Positions 18,098 through 27,598 of a stretch of 64,000 nt of DNA are shown here, one piece after another (the first letter of the stretch is position 1; every line of letters starts with the position of its first letter). The notes below the pieces were generated by a model. It was not told where the DNA came from. It saw only the letters and a list, made by a program, of their open reading frames with translations, and did no database searches. The DNA lies in IMG/VR virus record IMGVR_UViG_3300032286_001748, one strand, 5' to 3'. The translations under genes and the position numbers were made by a program. This stretch comes from an uncultured virus (IMG/VR IMGVR_UViG_3300032286_001748) (lineage: Duplodnaviria > Heunggongvirae > Uroviricota > Caudoviricetes).

Positions 18098-19581
18098 GGA
18101 CCCCTCCGGGGACGGACAGATCCGGAACCGTCGCGCGCCGCGCTCCCCTCCGCGCGGCACCTCGCCTCCTGCCCCCAGAAGCGCATCGCGCCGTAGTCGA
18201 GGAGGCGCCCGTCCGCGGCGAAGTTGGGCCGACGCAGATCCAAGAACCCGCACCCCTTGAGCGCGTCCATTGTTTCCTTCGGGATGTGCTGGGTGGCGCG
18301 CATCGGCTTGACCCTCTCCATGACCAGCCAGCTCCCCATCGGGTCGACCGCGAGGACGGGCACGAGGTGGGGGCGCATCGCCGCGCTCGCCTCGCGCCAC
18401 GCGCGGGCCTCGTCCCGGTTGGCTTCTCGTCCGTAGGGGGAGAAGACGAGCTTGAGCACGCGCGTGCCGTCTGGCTCCGCGAACACCGCGCGGGACTGCC
18501 CCGACCCGATGTAGACGAGCCCGTTCTTCTTCGCCCAACGGCCCATCTGCTGGGCCGTGGCGCTCGCCATCGTGTCGGTGAAGGTGCGGGCGAGGGCGTC
18601 CGCGTTGGGCCAGGCCTCGAGGGATGCACTCCCGCGCCGCACCCGCGCCGCGATGTTCACCTTGCGCGCCACCCTGTTCTGATGCGCCCCGCCCGTGCGC
18701 TCGATCCGCGGGGTGTAGGGGTCCAGCTCGACGGCGACGGTGCGGTCCCCGGCCTGAAGGTGCTCCACGAGCCGGTGGTGCCCGTCCAGCACGAAGTAGT
18801 GCCCGCGCGGCGTGTCGAGCGCGCTCACGCGGAGCGGTGCCTCGTAGCTGTACGACCGGCACCCCTCCGCGATGTCGTGCAGTGTCTCCTCGAGCTTGTC
18901 GGGGATCGTCCAGAAGCGCTCGACGGGGATGCGCTTCGGGGCCGCGGTGCGGGCGGCGCTCCCGCGCGCCAGTCCCGTCTCAAGCAGGCCTCGGCGCACG
19001 AGTCCATCCATCACGGACGTGTTGGTCTTGCTGTAGACGCGCGCGAGCGCCTCTCCGTAGGGGCCGCTCGTGTAGACGCGCCCCTGCCGCGGGTCTGCGT
19101 TGAAGCGCCGCCCTTCCTCTTCCTCTTCGTCCAGGAACCTGCGCGGGAGGGGGGCGCTCTTCACATCCGGGCGCTGCTCGTAGTAGTGCTTCCAGACGCG
19201 TGCGGCCTCGGGTGAGATCTCGCTCTGGTCCGGCACGACCCCGTGTGCGCCAAGCTGGTGGGCGATCTCGAGGCCCAGATCGTAGAGCAGCGGTCCGAGC
19301 CCGTCGAGACGGGCCTCCGTCTCGCTGACCTCGAAGAGGGTGGGGTGCCGAGGTCGGAACCCGCGTTCCATCCGAAAGAGCCCGACGAGGTCCTCTCCAC
19401 GGAGGGCGTAGATCTCCACGAAGGTTCGGAGGTCGTGCCGGTCGATGTTCACCTGAACGTGGACATCCGACGGAAGGTTCTCGGGTCGGAGCATGGCGCG
19501 CGAGCCGTGGGCGCGCACGGCTCCCGCCACCGCGAGGGCGGCGACGGCGCCGAGGGCGAGCATCCGTCCATCAGAGGTCAT
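18094..19581 (-). CDS. tagged polyvalent protein: GNAT-like, ParB-like and kinase-like domains
   Basis: Tag MTSDGRMLALGAVAALAVAGAVRAHGSRA; GLGPLLYD..ISPEAARVW; VLDGHHRL; IGSGQSR..DLRRPN..LLDYG. Confidence 0.8.
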   Translation of the reverse strand: MTSDGRMLALGAVAALAVAGAVRAHGSRAMLRPENLPSDVHVQVNIDRHDLRTFVEIYALRGEDLVGLFRMERGFRPRHPTLFEVSETEARLDGLGPLLYDLGLEIAHQLGAHGVVPDQSEISPEAARVWKHYYEQRPDVKSAPLPRRFLDEEEEEGRRFNADPRQGRVYTSGPYGEALARVYSKTNTSVMDGLVRRGLLETGLARGSAARTAAPKRIPVERFWTIPDKLEETLHDIAEGCRSYSYEAPLRVSALDTPRGHYFVLDGHHRLVEHLQAGDRTVAVELDPYTPRIERTGGAHQNRVARKVNIAARVRRGSASLEAWPNADALARTFTDTMASATAQQMGRWAKKNGLVYIGSGQSRAVFAEPDGTRVLKLVFSPYGREANRDEARAWREASAAMRPHLVPVLAVDPMGSWLVMERVKPMRATQHIPKETMDALKGCGFLDLRRPNFAADGRLLDYGAMRFWGQEARCRAEGSAARDGSGSVRPRRGP

Positions 19582-20191
19582 AGGCCACCACGCGTCCGTC
19601 CTTCGTCACCCCGAGGTTGAGGGTCAGATCGATGTCATCGGTCGGGAGCCCCCGGCAGATGGCGCGGGCGAGCCCCTTCGTCTCTGGGTAGCGTGCGAGC
19701 GTGTCGAGGTCTTCTGGGAAAAAAGCGCCAGCAAGAGCAAAGTACAGGTCTTGAAACCGAGGGTCGTCGTGCCCACCGTATCGGCGGGTGAGGAAGCCCT
19801 CGGGGTCGGTGTCGACCCGCTCCTTCCAGCTCACCACATGCCCGTCGATCTCGGTCATGGCGAAGACGGGGACCACCCCACCCTCAAAGTCCTCGTCCAG
19901 CAGGAGCGACTGCTTCTCCACGCTCCGTCCTCGACCGACACGGACAACGATGCCCTTCCGGGTCGTGTTGAACACACGCGCGTCACTCCCGGTGCCCAGC
20001 TCCGTCGTCGGGGCCGGGACCGTGACACCGCGGGCGGCGAGCTGCGCGCGGGCGGTGAGGGCGAGGCGCTTGTCGTAGCGCAGGCCCTCTGGGTCGAGCC
20101 GGCCCACGATGGCTGCGGAGCCGTGCCGACGCACGGCCCCCGCCACGGCAAAGCACGCCACGATCCCGAGGGTAAGATCGCGTCCGTTCAT
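19571..20191 (-). CDS. tagged kinase-like protein
   Basis: Tag MNGRDLTLGIVACFAVAGAVRRHGSAA; LGTGSDARVF..VVPVF..NLGVTKDGRVVAYD. Confidence 0.7.
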   Translation of the reverse strand: MNGRDLTLGIVACFAVAGAVRRHGSAAIVGRLDPEGLRYDKRLALTARAQLAARGVTVPAPTTELGTGSDARVFNTTRKGIVVRVGRGRSVEKQSLLLDEDFEGGVVPVFAMTEIDGHVVSWKERVDTDPEGFLTRRYGGHDDPRFQDLYFALAGAFFPEDLDTLARYPETKGLARAICRGLPTDDIDLTLNLGVTKDGRVVAYDL

Positions 20192-21300
20192 CCGAGTCTC
20201 TCCATGATCCACTCGTCTGCCGCGTCGGGTCCGCGACGAACCGCCTCCAGCGGAGGAACACCCGACCCGTTCAGCCTCCACCCTTGCGGGTTGTACTGTC
20301 GCTGGGCGTAGCCCGCCTTCAGGACGGCGTAGAGATCGGGCCAGAGGCTTGCATCGAAGTTTCGGAAGCGAACCCGCACCGGGATCTCGATGCCGAGCAG
20401 CGACCCCGCCAAGACGCGGTGATGGCCGTCTTGGAACCCCACCCCTCCGTCCGCGCCGACGATGATTTCGACCGGTTCACGGATGCCTGCACCGACATGC
20501 TGCTTCGCCCACGCAACCTGCTCGGTCTTCGGCTTGCGGAAGAACTCGGGCCAGTTGGCGAACCCGCCGAGGCCGTACTCCCACCCGCCCCGCCCCCCGC
20601 TGAAGAGGACCGACGCTGGCAGATTCACCTCGATGTCGGCGCTTCGGCTGCCGGACGCTCCGCGCGCCGCCGACCCCTTCCGGTGCCACGCGACCTCCCC
20701 CTCGACCGCGTAGCGCCGCCCGAGCCGCTCCCAGACGCGCAGCGCATCGGCGCTCGTCAGCTCGGTGCCGGTGAGGCAGCGGTTGGACGCGAGGGCGCCG
20801 CCGTGCGTGCCCGCGGCCTCGACAAGCGCGGCGTAGAGCGCCTGGCCGACGCCCTTCCCTCGGAGCCGCTCGTCCACGAAGGCCCCGGTGACGCCGAAGG
20901 CGTGGTCGGGCCCGCCGAGCCGGACGAGGTCGGCCGCGCACCGGCCGCGCAGCGGGATGGGCGTCTCGCGCCTCCGCTCGTGGGTGGCGGCGACCTGTCC
21001 GAGCCGCGCCTCCTTCCAGCGCTCCCCCTTCGGGTAGAGCGTGGCGATGAGCGTGTGGTAGGTGTAGGGCACGGATGTGACTCCGGTGCCGACCCCGGTG
21101 GGCTCCCAGTGCGACGTGCGCGTCTGGGTTTCGGTCACGACGAGGTCGTGCGTGTCGCGCAGGGGCGCCGGCAGCAGATCGTTCCGCAGGGCCTCCGCGT
21201 TCCGACCGCCACGAAGGTTCAGCGAGGCTGAACCTGTGTGCGCGAGCCCCGCTACCGCGAGCCCCGCCACAGCCCCGAGTGTCCACGTCGCCCCGTTCAT
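20188..21300 (-). CDS. tagged GNAT plus ParB-like protein
   Basis: Tag MNGATWTLGAVAGLAVAGLAHTGSAS; VDERLRGKGVGQALY..SADALRVW; FQDGHHRV. Confidence 0.78.
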   Translation of the reverse strand: MNGATWTLGAVAGLAVAGLAHTGSASLNLRGGRNAEALRNDLLPAPLRDTHDLVVTETQTRTSHWEPTGVGTGVTSVPYTYHTLIATLYPKGERWKEARLGQVAATHERRRETPIPLRGRCAADLVRLGGPDHAFGVTGAFVDERLRGKGVGQALYAALVEAAGTHGGALASNRCLTGTELTSADALRVWERLGRRYAVEGEVAWHRKGSAARGASGSRSADIEVNLPASVLFSGGRGGWEYGLGGFANWPEFFRKPKTEQVAWAKQHVGAGIREPVEIIVGADGGVGFQDGHHRVLAGSLLGIEIPVRVRFRNFDASLWPDLYAVLKAGYAQRQYNPQGWRLNGSGVPPLEAVRRGPDAADEWIMERLG

Positions 21301-22187
21301 TTTCCCTCCCACACGCCGACCAGCGCTAGGTCTTCGGGCCGGAAGCGCAGCTCGCACTCGACGGAGATCTGCTCCGAGCCCGCGCCCTTCCGCGCTGCGA
21401 GCTGGACGAGCCCGACCGCCTCGGGGCGGACGCGCGCGAACTTCGACGCGGGCTCGGTGAACCCGACCGTGTACGAGCACGGGTGATCGTCGATCCAGTT
21501 GATCTGGCTCGAGATGTCTGCCAGACGGTTCTCCCAGGTGCGGAGCGCCTCGTACAGCGCCGGTCCACTGGGCGTGTGCTTCACGTTCGCTTCGGCGTCC
21601 TTCAGCTCACCGTCCGCCCACGACGACCAGTTGTCACCAGCCTCCGGGTCGTCCGGCTCGTCGTCGGAGCGCGCGTCGATCTCGTCGTACACGAGGGAGA
21701 GCGTGCCTTCGCTCTCCCGCTTCAAGATCCGAAACGCCTCCTCGGCTCCGATCTGCCCATGCACCGCCTCGGCCATCATCCGGGTCGCGCGCAGCACGCG
21801 CAGCGCGCCGTCGAGCGTCAGCCCCACGCTCACGCGGTCGGGTGCCTCGTCGCGAAAGCCCCCGCCGAGCCCGGCGCCCTGCCGGCCCGCAGCCCGCAGC
21901 TCGCGGCGGCTCCGGAGCCGCCCCTCCGCGAGCACCGCCGGGAGGTTCGTCGTGACATGGTAGAAGCCGGTCCCCGGCTGGGCTTTGCCCGTCTCCTCCG
22001 GATCCACCGCCAGCTCGAGCGTCGTGCCGCGCACGAACGACAAGGGCGAGGTCACAAAACCCGTGGGGACGGGGGAGATCTTCCGGAAGCGGCCGGGGCG
22101 GGTGTTCCCGCTGCCCGCCGAACGCCGCGCGAGCCCCGCCACCGCGAGGCCCGCCACCACACCCAGCGTCAGCGCACGAGAATCCAT
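21297..22187 (-). CDS. tagged ADP-ribosyltransferase-like protein
   Basis: Tag MDSRALTLGVVAGLAVAGLARRSAGSG; FYHVTTNLPAVLAEGRLRSRREL...DRVSV. Confidence 0.65.
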   Translation of the reverse strand: MDSRALTLGVVAGLAVAGLARRSAGSGNTRPGRFRKISPVPTGFVTSPLSFVRGTTLELAVDPEETGKAQPGTGFYHVTTNLPAVLAEGRLRSRRELRAAGRQGAGLGGGFRDEAPDRVSVGLTLDGALRVLRATRMMAEAVHGQIGAEEAFRILKRESEGTLSLVYDEIDARSDDEPDDPEAGDNWSSWADGELKDAEANVKHTPSGPALYEALRTWENRLADISSQINWIDDHPCSYTVGFTEPASKFARVRPEAVGLVQLAARKGAGSEQISVECELRFRPEDLALVGVWEGK

Positions 22188-22196
22188 CCCGACCCC

Positions 22197-23258
22197 CTAA
22201 CCGCGTGCGCGGAGGCGTTTCGTCCTCGGCCCTGTTTCCCCACGCGCGAAACGCGCCCCCTTCCGAGCGCCTTCCGCGTCCATCCGGTCCATCCTCCCCG
22301 CGACCTCGCGCGCCCAGTCGCGCCCCGCATCGCCGCCCCACAACAGCCACGCCACGACCCCGGGGGTGGCCTGGCCGCGCGCCGCGCCCGCGCTCTTCAG
22401 GTCCACCGCGTGGCGCCGGAAGTAGTCGCGCATCCGGGTGATCTCCCGGGGCGGCATCGCGGGCAGCGTGGCGAGCTGCATGGCCCGTCCGACGCCGATC
22501 CACCAGCCGCCGGGGCCGGCGCCGGTCTTGGGGTCCACCTTCACCCCGCGCTGCTCGTTGGCCTTGCGGAGCTGGAGGCCGCGCAGGGCCTCCTTGCGGA
22601 CCTCGGGCGGCGGGCGGAAGTCGACGCCGGGGTACGCGCCCTCTTGGGTCGGGCCCGCCGTCTGGGTCGTGTCATCCCCACGCTCGAGCGCGGTCGGCCC
22701 CTGCCCCGCCGCCGCGAGGGCGCGGGCGATCTCCCGGTCGGTGTAGCCGAGGGCGCGGAGGGGGGCGTGCAGATCGCGCGCCGCGCTTCCCCGGACGAAC
22801 TGCTGGCGCGACACCCCACGAACGAGCTGGAGCTGTCGCGGGTCGTCTACCCCCTCGATGTCCTGCGCGTCGTAGAAGCGCCCGTCGAGGAGAAGGACAA
22901 GGTGTGCGACATCCTCGAAGATCCCATCCGGTAGACCGAACTTCTCGTACCGGAGCGCGGCGAGATCGACCACCTCTGCATCGCCCCCGATGCGCCGCAC
23001 GGCTGCCTCCGCCCAGTCCTCGCACATCCCGTCGTTGATGTCCCATGCGGTGGGTCGATCGTGGCGTTTGACGCGCGCTTTGTAGTCTCCCGTCCACCAC
23101 CCCACCCGCTGCATCTCGTCCTGGATCTGCTCGGTCACCTCGCGCAGGATGCGCGTGCGCTCCGACGCGGGGAGCGAGCGGCTCCCACTCCGCTGCTTCA
23201 CCAGCCCCGCGACCGCGAGGCCTGCAAGGGCGCCGAGGGTGAGGTCACGTCCGTTCAT
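22197..23258 (-). CDS. tagged Cys-His-Asp hydrolase-like domain plus phage WGG domain
   Basis: Tag MNGRDLTLGALAGLAVAGLVKQRSGSRS; INDGMCEDWA..AHLV..DGRFYDA; RMRDYFRRH..VAWLLWGGDAG. Confidence 0.7.
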   Translation of the reverse strand: MNGRDLTLGALAGLAVAGLVKQRSGSRSLPASERTRILREVTEQIQDEMQRVGWWTGDYKARVKRHDRPTAWDINDGMCEDWAEAAVRRIGGDAEVVDLAALRYEKFGLPDGIFEDVAHLVLLLDGRFYDAQDIEGVDDPRQLQLVRGVSRQQFVRGSAARDLHAPLRALGYTDREIARALAAAGQGPTALERGDDTTQTAGPTQEGAYPGVDFRPPPEVRKEALRGLQLRKANEQRGVKVDPKTGAGPGGWWIGVGRAMQLATLPAMPPREITRMRDYFRRHAVDLKSAGAARGQATPGVVAWLLWGGDAGRDWAREVAGRMDRMDAEGARKGARFARGETGPRTKRLRARG

Positions 23259-24412
23259 CGGGGCTTCCGGGTGTTCGGGGTTCCGCGGCTGGACACGGGC
23301 TCGGCGTAGTCGAGGATGCGGTGGTCGGTGGAGACGTTGTCCGCGTGAACGTCGAACAGGCCCACGGCCTTTCCGCGTTGGTGCATCGCCTTCATCGTTG
23401 GTCCGTCCTCAGGCTCCCACGGAAGGGGCGTGACGCGCTCCATGATGAGCCAGTGCCCATCGGGATCGACCCCGACCACCGGGACGAGGAGGGCGCGCGT
23501 CTTCGGACCCGCCTCCTCCCAGAACGCGGCCTCATCGAGGTTGTCGGAGGGGCGCATCGCGAGCTTGACCACGAAGCGGGGATCGGAGGACGCGACGACC
23601 GCGCGAAAGACACCGTGCCCGAGCAGGTTCGTCCCGAAGTGACGCGCAAGCACCTTCTCCCGGTCTGGAAGCACCAGGCCCATGTCATCGAGCCCGATGT
23701 AGGTATCGTTCCCCCGGGCCTCGTCCTCGGCACGCCACGCGCGGACCCGCTCTTGGAACCAGCGAGAGGCCGCGCGCGCCTCCTCGCGGACAGCATCGGG
23801 CACCGCGGACGCGCTCCCGGCGCGCGACCCCTCCGGCCGGCTCGTCACCGCGAGCACCATCGCCCCCACGGGTCGCCCCAGCGCGCGCTCGGCGGCGCGG
23901 AGTGTCTCCCCGGTGTCCAGCACGTTGTCCACGAGGTAGACCGAGCCGGCGAGATCGACCTGGCGCTGCGCGCGCAGCGTCATGGGCATCTGCTGGGCGC
24001 GCAGGCCCGGCAGGCCCGCCTTCTTCCGATCTCGGCTGCTCTGGCGTTCGGGTCCGTGCAGCGCGTCCACGACCGTGGCCCCGATGCGGGCCGCGACGGC
24101 CTCGGCCAGCCGCCGGTTCGCGGTCGTGTCCCCCTTGGAGCTGGGGACCGGCACGAGCACGATGCCGGGCCCGCGCACCGTTCGCGGCAGCTTCGCCACA
24201 AGGGTGTCTGCGGCCTCCTCGATGCGGGCAGAGCCTGTCTGCTTCAGCGCGTAGGCGAGGTCGCGGAGGGCGGCGTAGTCGCCGCCCGCGTAGACGGGTC
24301 CGCCGAGGACCGAGGGGCGCACGTCGGCGCTCCCCGGCGCCCCCCGGCGCGACACGGCCGCGCCGAGCGCGAGCGCGCCGATGAGTCCCAAGGTCAAGTC
24401 CCGTCCGTTCAC
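23255..24412 (-). CDS. tagged ComF-like phosphoribosyltransferase plus kinase-like protein
   Basis: GTG-start tag MNGRDLTLGLIGALALGAAVSRRG; LVPVPSS..VYLVDNVLDTGETL; LGHGVFR..DVHADN..ILDYA. Confidence 0.8.
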   Translation of the reverse strand: MNGRDLTLGLIGALALGAAVSRRGAPGSADVRPSVLGGPVYAGGDYAALRDLAYALKQTGSARIEEAADTLVAKLPRTVRGPGIVLVPVPSSKGDTTANRRLAEAVAARIGATVVDALHGPERQSSRDRKKAGLPGLRAQQMPMTLRAQRQVDLAGSVYLVDNVLDTGETLRAAERALGRPVGAMVLAVTSRPEGSRAGSASAVPDAVREEARAASRWFQERVRAWRAEDEARGNDTYIGLDDMGLVLPDREKVLARHFGTNLLGHGVFRAVVASSDPRFVVKLAMRPSDNLDEAAFWEEAGPKTRALLVPVVGVDPDGHWLIMERVTPLPWEPEDGPTMKAMHQRGKAVGLFDVHADNVSTDHRILDYAEPVSSRGTPNTRKPR

Positions 24413-25146
24413 CCGCCACGCCCCCGGAAGGCCTGTTCCGCCTTCCGTCGATCGCGCTGGCGCTTCGCCTGGAGTTTCTCGCGGTCGTACAGTGGGTCGA
24501 GCAGCACAAGGGTGCCCGCGTCGTCCGTCGCGAGGTTGCGCGGCGAGAACTCAAAGACGTAGTCGTCGCTGTAGTTGGCCGCGGTGTCGACGAGGATGCG
24601 GAGGGCCTCCAGCGTGGACGGGCTCACGCCCGCACGCTCCGCGCACGCCACCGTCTCTTCGTTGATCCGATACCCGCGCTTCCCGGTCCCGCGGCGCGCG
24701 TCCCAGTGCGCGTAGGCGTCCTCGCGGCAGTGCTTGAGGATCGCGTAGTCCTGCCAGCCCGAGGCGCTGTCGGCCTTCCGGAGCGGCGTGCGGTACAGCG
24801 GCATCGCGTAGATGAACTGGTCGCGCGTCTCGCCCACCTTCTCCACCTTCGGCAGGTGCGGGTTGTTCGGCTCCGCGTCCCGCGCCATCGCGAGCAGCTC
24901 CTTGTCGTACACATCGTCGGGGGTGACGACGTAGACGACGGGTGGGGTCATCTTGGTCGTGACGTAGGCCGTGGCGAACGCACCCGCCCCCAGCTTCTTG
25001 ATCTGGATGGGTGCTTGGCCGGGGAGGCGCAGCACGCCGCGCGTGAGGGAGGCGAGGCTCTCGTCGCGGGAGCCGCGCCGCTGGGCGACGAGCCCGGCGA
25101 CGGCGAGGCCGGCGGCGATGCCGAGGGTGAGGTCGCGTCCATTCAT
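24409..25146 (-). CDS. tagged kinase-like protein
   Basis: Tag MNGRDLTLGIAAGLAVAGLVAQRRGSR; KKLGAGAFATAY..HLPKV..EFSPRN..LVLLDP. Confidence 0.75.
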   Translation of the reverse strand: MNGRDLTLGIAAGLAVAGLVAQRRGSRDESLASLTRGVLRLPGQAPIQIKKLGAGAFATAYVTTKMTPPVVYVVTPDDVYDKELLAMARDAEPNNPHLPKVEKVGETRDQFIYAMPLYRTPLRKADSASGWQDYAILKHCREDAYAHWDARRGTGKRGYRINEETVACAERAGVSPSTLEALRILVDTAANYSDDYVFEFSPRNLATDDAGTLVLLDPLYDREKLQAKRQRDRRKAEQAFRGRGG

Positions 25147-25171
25147 CGGGGCTCCAGAGGCAGGGAAGGAC

Positions 25172-25648
25172 CTATCGGGTTTTGGAGCGGCGCGGGCGCT
25201 TCGTGGCCTCGTAGGCGTGCCGGAAGGTCTCGATGGCGCGCTCCACCGTGGGGAGCACCTCGTTCTCCATCGTGTCCATCACCCGGTCCTCGTCCGCGTC
25301 TTCATCGATCAGATACTGCACCTCGTCGCGCGCGGCCTCCAGTTCCTGTTCCAGCGCGTAGGCGTCGTCGGACAGGTCGGACGGGAGATCGTAGAAGCCC
25401 GAGCTGAAGTTCGCCGCGTCGAGGACGCGCTCCACATCGTTGAGGGCATCGGAGGCGTCGTTGAGGGTGATCTCCTCCACCAGTCGGTTCATCTTCTCGA
25501 GCTGGCGCTCGACGGGGTCGGGCAGGGCCCGCGCCGCGCTTCCGGAGCCGTACAGGCCCGCCTTGTTCGCGGCCCCCACGGCGGCGACGGCTGCGACGAG
25601 TCCGAGGGCGACGAGGGCGCCGTTGTCGAGGATCTTCTTGCCGGCCAT
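25172..25648 (-). CDS. tagged acidic helical protein (MAGK subfamily)
   Basis: Tag MAGKKILDNGALVALGLVAAVAAVGAANKAGLYGSGSAA; GGAG RBS. Confidence 0.75.
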   Translation of the reverse strand: MAGKKILDNGALVALGLVAAVAAVGAANKAGLYGSGSAARALPDPVERQLEKMNRLVEEITLNDASDALNDVERVLDAANFSSGFYDLPSDLSDDAYALEQELEAARDEVQYLIDEDADEDRVMDTMENEVLPTVERAIETFRHAYEATKRPRRSKTR

Positions 25649-25668
25649 GGGAGGCTCCGGGGAGAGGG

Positions 25669-25738
25669 CTATCGAGTCTTGGAGTGGGGCCGCTGCGGGC
25701 GCTTCGTGGCCTCGTAGGCGCGCCGGAACGTCTGGATG
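25669..25738 (-). repeat. degenerate copy of the 3-prime end of gene 25172-25648
   Basis: Matches 25172-25235; encodes IQTFRRAYEATKRPQRPHSKTR* versus IETFRHAYEATKRPRRSKTR*. Confidence 0.85.
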
Positions 25739-25739
25739 T

Positions 25740-26675
25740 TCAGCTCTTTTTCGCGTACATCTGGAGGTACTCCGAGAGACGCATTCCCTTATTCTCGGGC
25801 TTGGGCAACGGCTTATGGGTCGCAGGACCGAAGATCCCCCCGGTGCGGGAGGCGGCCCTACCCTCTTCATGGACGGTGTCCTTGACGGACTCCATGACGA
25901 GGGAGATCATCGCCCCGATGAGGGCGGCGCTCGCGGTCGGGTACGTCCCCATCTCCGAAAGGGGGTCATCCGTTGCGATGTGCAGCTTCGCCACCCACCC
26001 GTCCCGGACCTTGGATCCAACGATGGACGGGGTACGGATGGCGCGTGACACGGGTTTCGTTCCCAGGGGAAGTTGCTCGGTCGTGTACCCGCCCTCACCG
26101 TCCGGCTCCACGGTGACCGTTTCCGTGCTGTCGAGATACCGCGCTTGCCGGTCGAAGCTGAGGGCCACCGCAGATGCGAACCACGGGAAGATCGGCCGGA
26201 CCTTCTGATCCTTCCGGTTGAATCCGCCGCGCGCCATGGCTCCTTCGCCCACCTCGTCGTGAAGCGCGTGCTCGATGGCGATCAAGAGCGCGTTCTCCGG
26301 GGTGGATTCAGTTGGTCCAACCTCCTTATAGTCCCCGTCATTCATACCGGTATGGTTGTCGTAGGAAGAGCGGTAGGTAGCGGGGATCCAGCCGCCCGGC
26401 GCCCGGATCGCAGCGGCGTTGATGTTCGTGAAGGAGTACGTCTCAGCGTGGGCCACTTTGTCGGACTCGTGCCGGATCGTACCGGGTCCACGCTTGAGAA
26501 CGCGCACCAGATCTTCCCGCGCCCCCTCAAGCGTGTTTCCCATGCTTTGTGCTGTCTCCCCTCCCGTGTGCGAGCGGCTTCCGCTCCCGCGCTTCACCAC
26601 CGCGCCAGCGGCCGCGACGGCGCCGACGAGGCCGAGGGTGACGAGGGTGCCGTTGTCGAGGATCTTGCCGGCCAT
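25740..26675 (-). CDS. tagged hypothetical protein (MAGK subfamily)
   Basis: Tag MAGKILDNGTLVTLGLVGAVAAAGAVVKRGSGSRS; C-terminus RTGGIFGP..KGMRLSEYLQMY. Confidence 0.75.
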   Translation of the reverse strand: MAGKILDNGTLVTLGLVGAVAAAGAVVKRGSGSRSHTGGETAQSMGNTLEGAREDLVRVLKRGPGTIRHESDKVAHAETYSFTNINAAAIRAPGGWIPATYRSSYDNHTGMNDGDYKEVGPTESTPENALLIAIEHALHDEVGEGAMARGGFNRKDQKVRPIFPWFASAVALSFDRQARYLDSTETVTVEPDGEGGYTTEQLPLGTKPVSRAIRTPSIVGSKVRDGWVAKLHIATDDPLSEMGTYPTASAALIGAMISLVMESVKDTVHEEGRAASRTGGIFGPATHKPLPKPENKGMRLSEYLQMYAKKS

Positions 26676-26751
26676 GGGAGGCTCCGGGATGCAGAGGGGA
26701 GGGGAGGGAAGGAGAGAGTATCTCTTCCCCCGCCCCCCGTCACGCTCCGAC

Positions 26752-27483
26752 CTACGCGCGCGTCTCCGCGAGGTGCCGTCGCGCCGCCGCGCGCTTCGCG
26801 GCCCGCACCGCTGCGGGGCGCGCTGCGGTGGGCATCTGGACGCAGATCTCCCCGACGCCGGGCTTGCCCCGGACCCACCGCACCTCGGTGGCCTGGGCGC
26901 GGAGCGCGTCGAGGGAGTCGAAGCCCTCGACCTCGTCCTCCCCGGTGAGGCAGAGGAACGCCCGCACCGGGGCGGGGAGCTGCGCGGGGATGTAGGTGCG
27001 GGCCCCGCGCCGGGCCTCTCGCACCACGACCTTCCCGCCCTCCTCCCCGAAGGTCACGCGCCAACGGGTGGTGCGGGTGGTGGGCCCGCGCGGGGCGACC
27101 CAGTAGTTGTCCAACGGGTCCTCCCCGGTCTCTGCAACATGGGCGGCGTACGCCTGCCACGACCGCTCGGCGGCGGCGGCGTCTTCCGTGTAGGCGGCGT
27201 CCTCGAGGGTGTAGGGGGTCTCGTCCGCGAGGTCCCAGTTGCCGTCCGTATCGACGGTGTACTGGGTGTTCCAGAGCGTGCCGTCCGCGTCGAGCCGCAG
27301 CCCGAACACAGACCAGCTCTGGTGCCATGTCTCACAGTCGTCACACCACTCGGCGTGCGCCGTCGCGCCGTCCACCGAGTCCGGGGTGTACGCCCACTCG
27401 GTGTGGGACGCGAGGGCCGCGAGGGCCTCCGCGGGGAGGGCGAGGTCTGCGAGCTGGTCGGGGGAGAGGGAGGAGAGAAGCAT
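26752..27483 (-). CDS. hypothetical protein (untagged, own promoter)
   Basis: GGAG RBS; promoter motif at 27508-27535. Confidence 0.7.
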   Translation of the reverse strand: MLLSSLSPDQLADLALPAEALAALASHTEWAYTPDSVDGATAHAEWCDDCETWHQSWSVFGLRLDADGTLWNTQYTVDTDGNWDLADETPYTLEDAAYTEDAAAAERSWQAYAAHVAETGEDPLDNYWVAPRGPTTRTTRWRVTFGEEGGKVVVREARRGARTYIPAQLPAPVRAFLCLTGEDEVEGFDSLDALRAQATEVRWVRGKPGVGEICVQMPTAARPAAVRAAKRAAARRHLAETRA

Positions 27484-27507
27484 GAGGGGCTCCGAGGGTG
27501 CCCTATC

Positions 27508-27535
27508 CCTCTATCCCCAGGTTGTCAGATGACAA
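27508..27535 (-). promoter_or_regulatory. putative promoter, recurrent motif
   Basis: TTGTCA-tc-TGACAA...16 nt...TAGAGG. Confidence 0.5.
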
Positions 27536-27598
27536 GTGACCAACCGCAAACGCATACACCTTCGCGATTCTGTATGCGTTTAGGTACTGAACGCATGT

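Noticed and set aside
18098..18862. Upstream extension of ORF 16061-18862, and similar extensions of other array ORFs
   Set aside because: Overlaps the neighbouring gene; the likely starts are the tag ATG/GTG codons at ATGA/GTGA overlaps
25172..25738. Diversity-generating retroelement TR/VR pair
   Set aside because: Differences are not adenine-specific and no reverse transcriptase is present in the window
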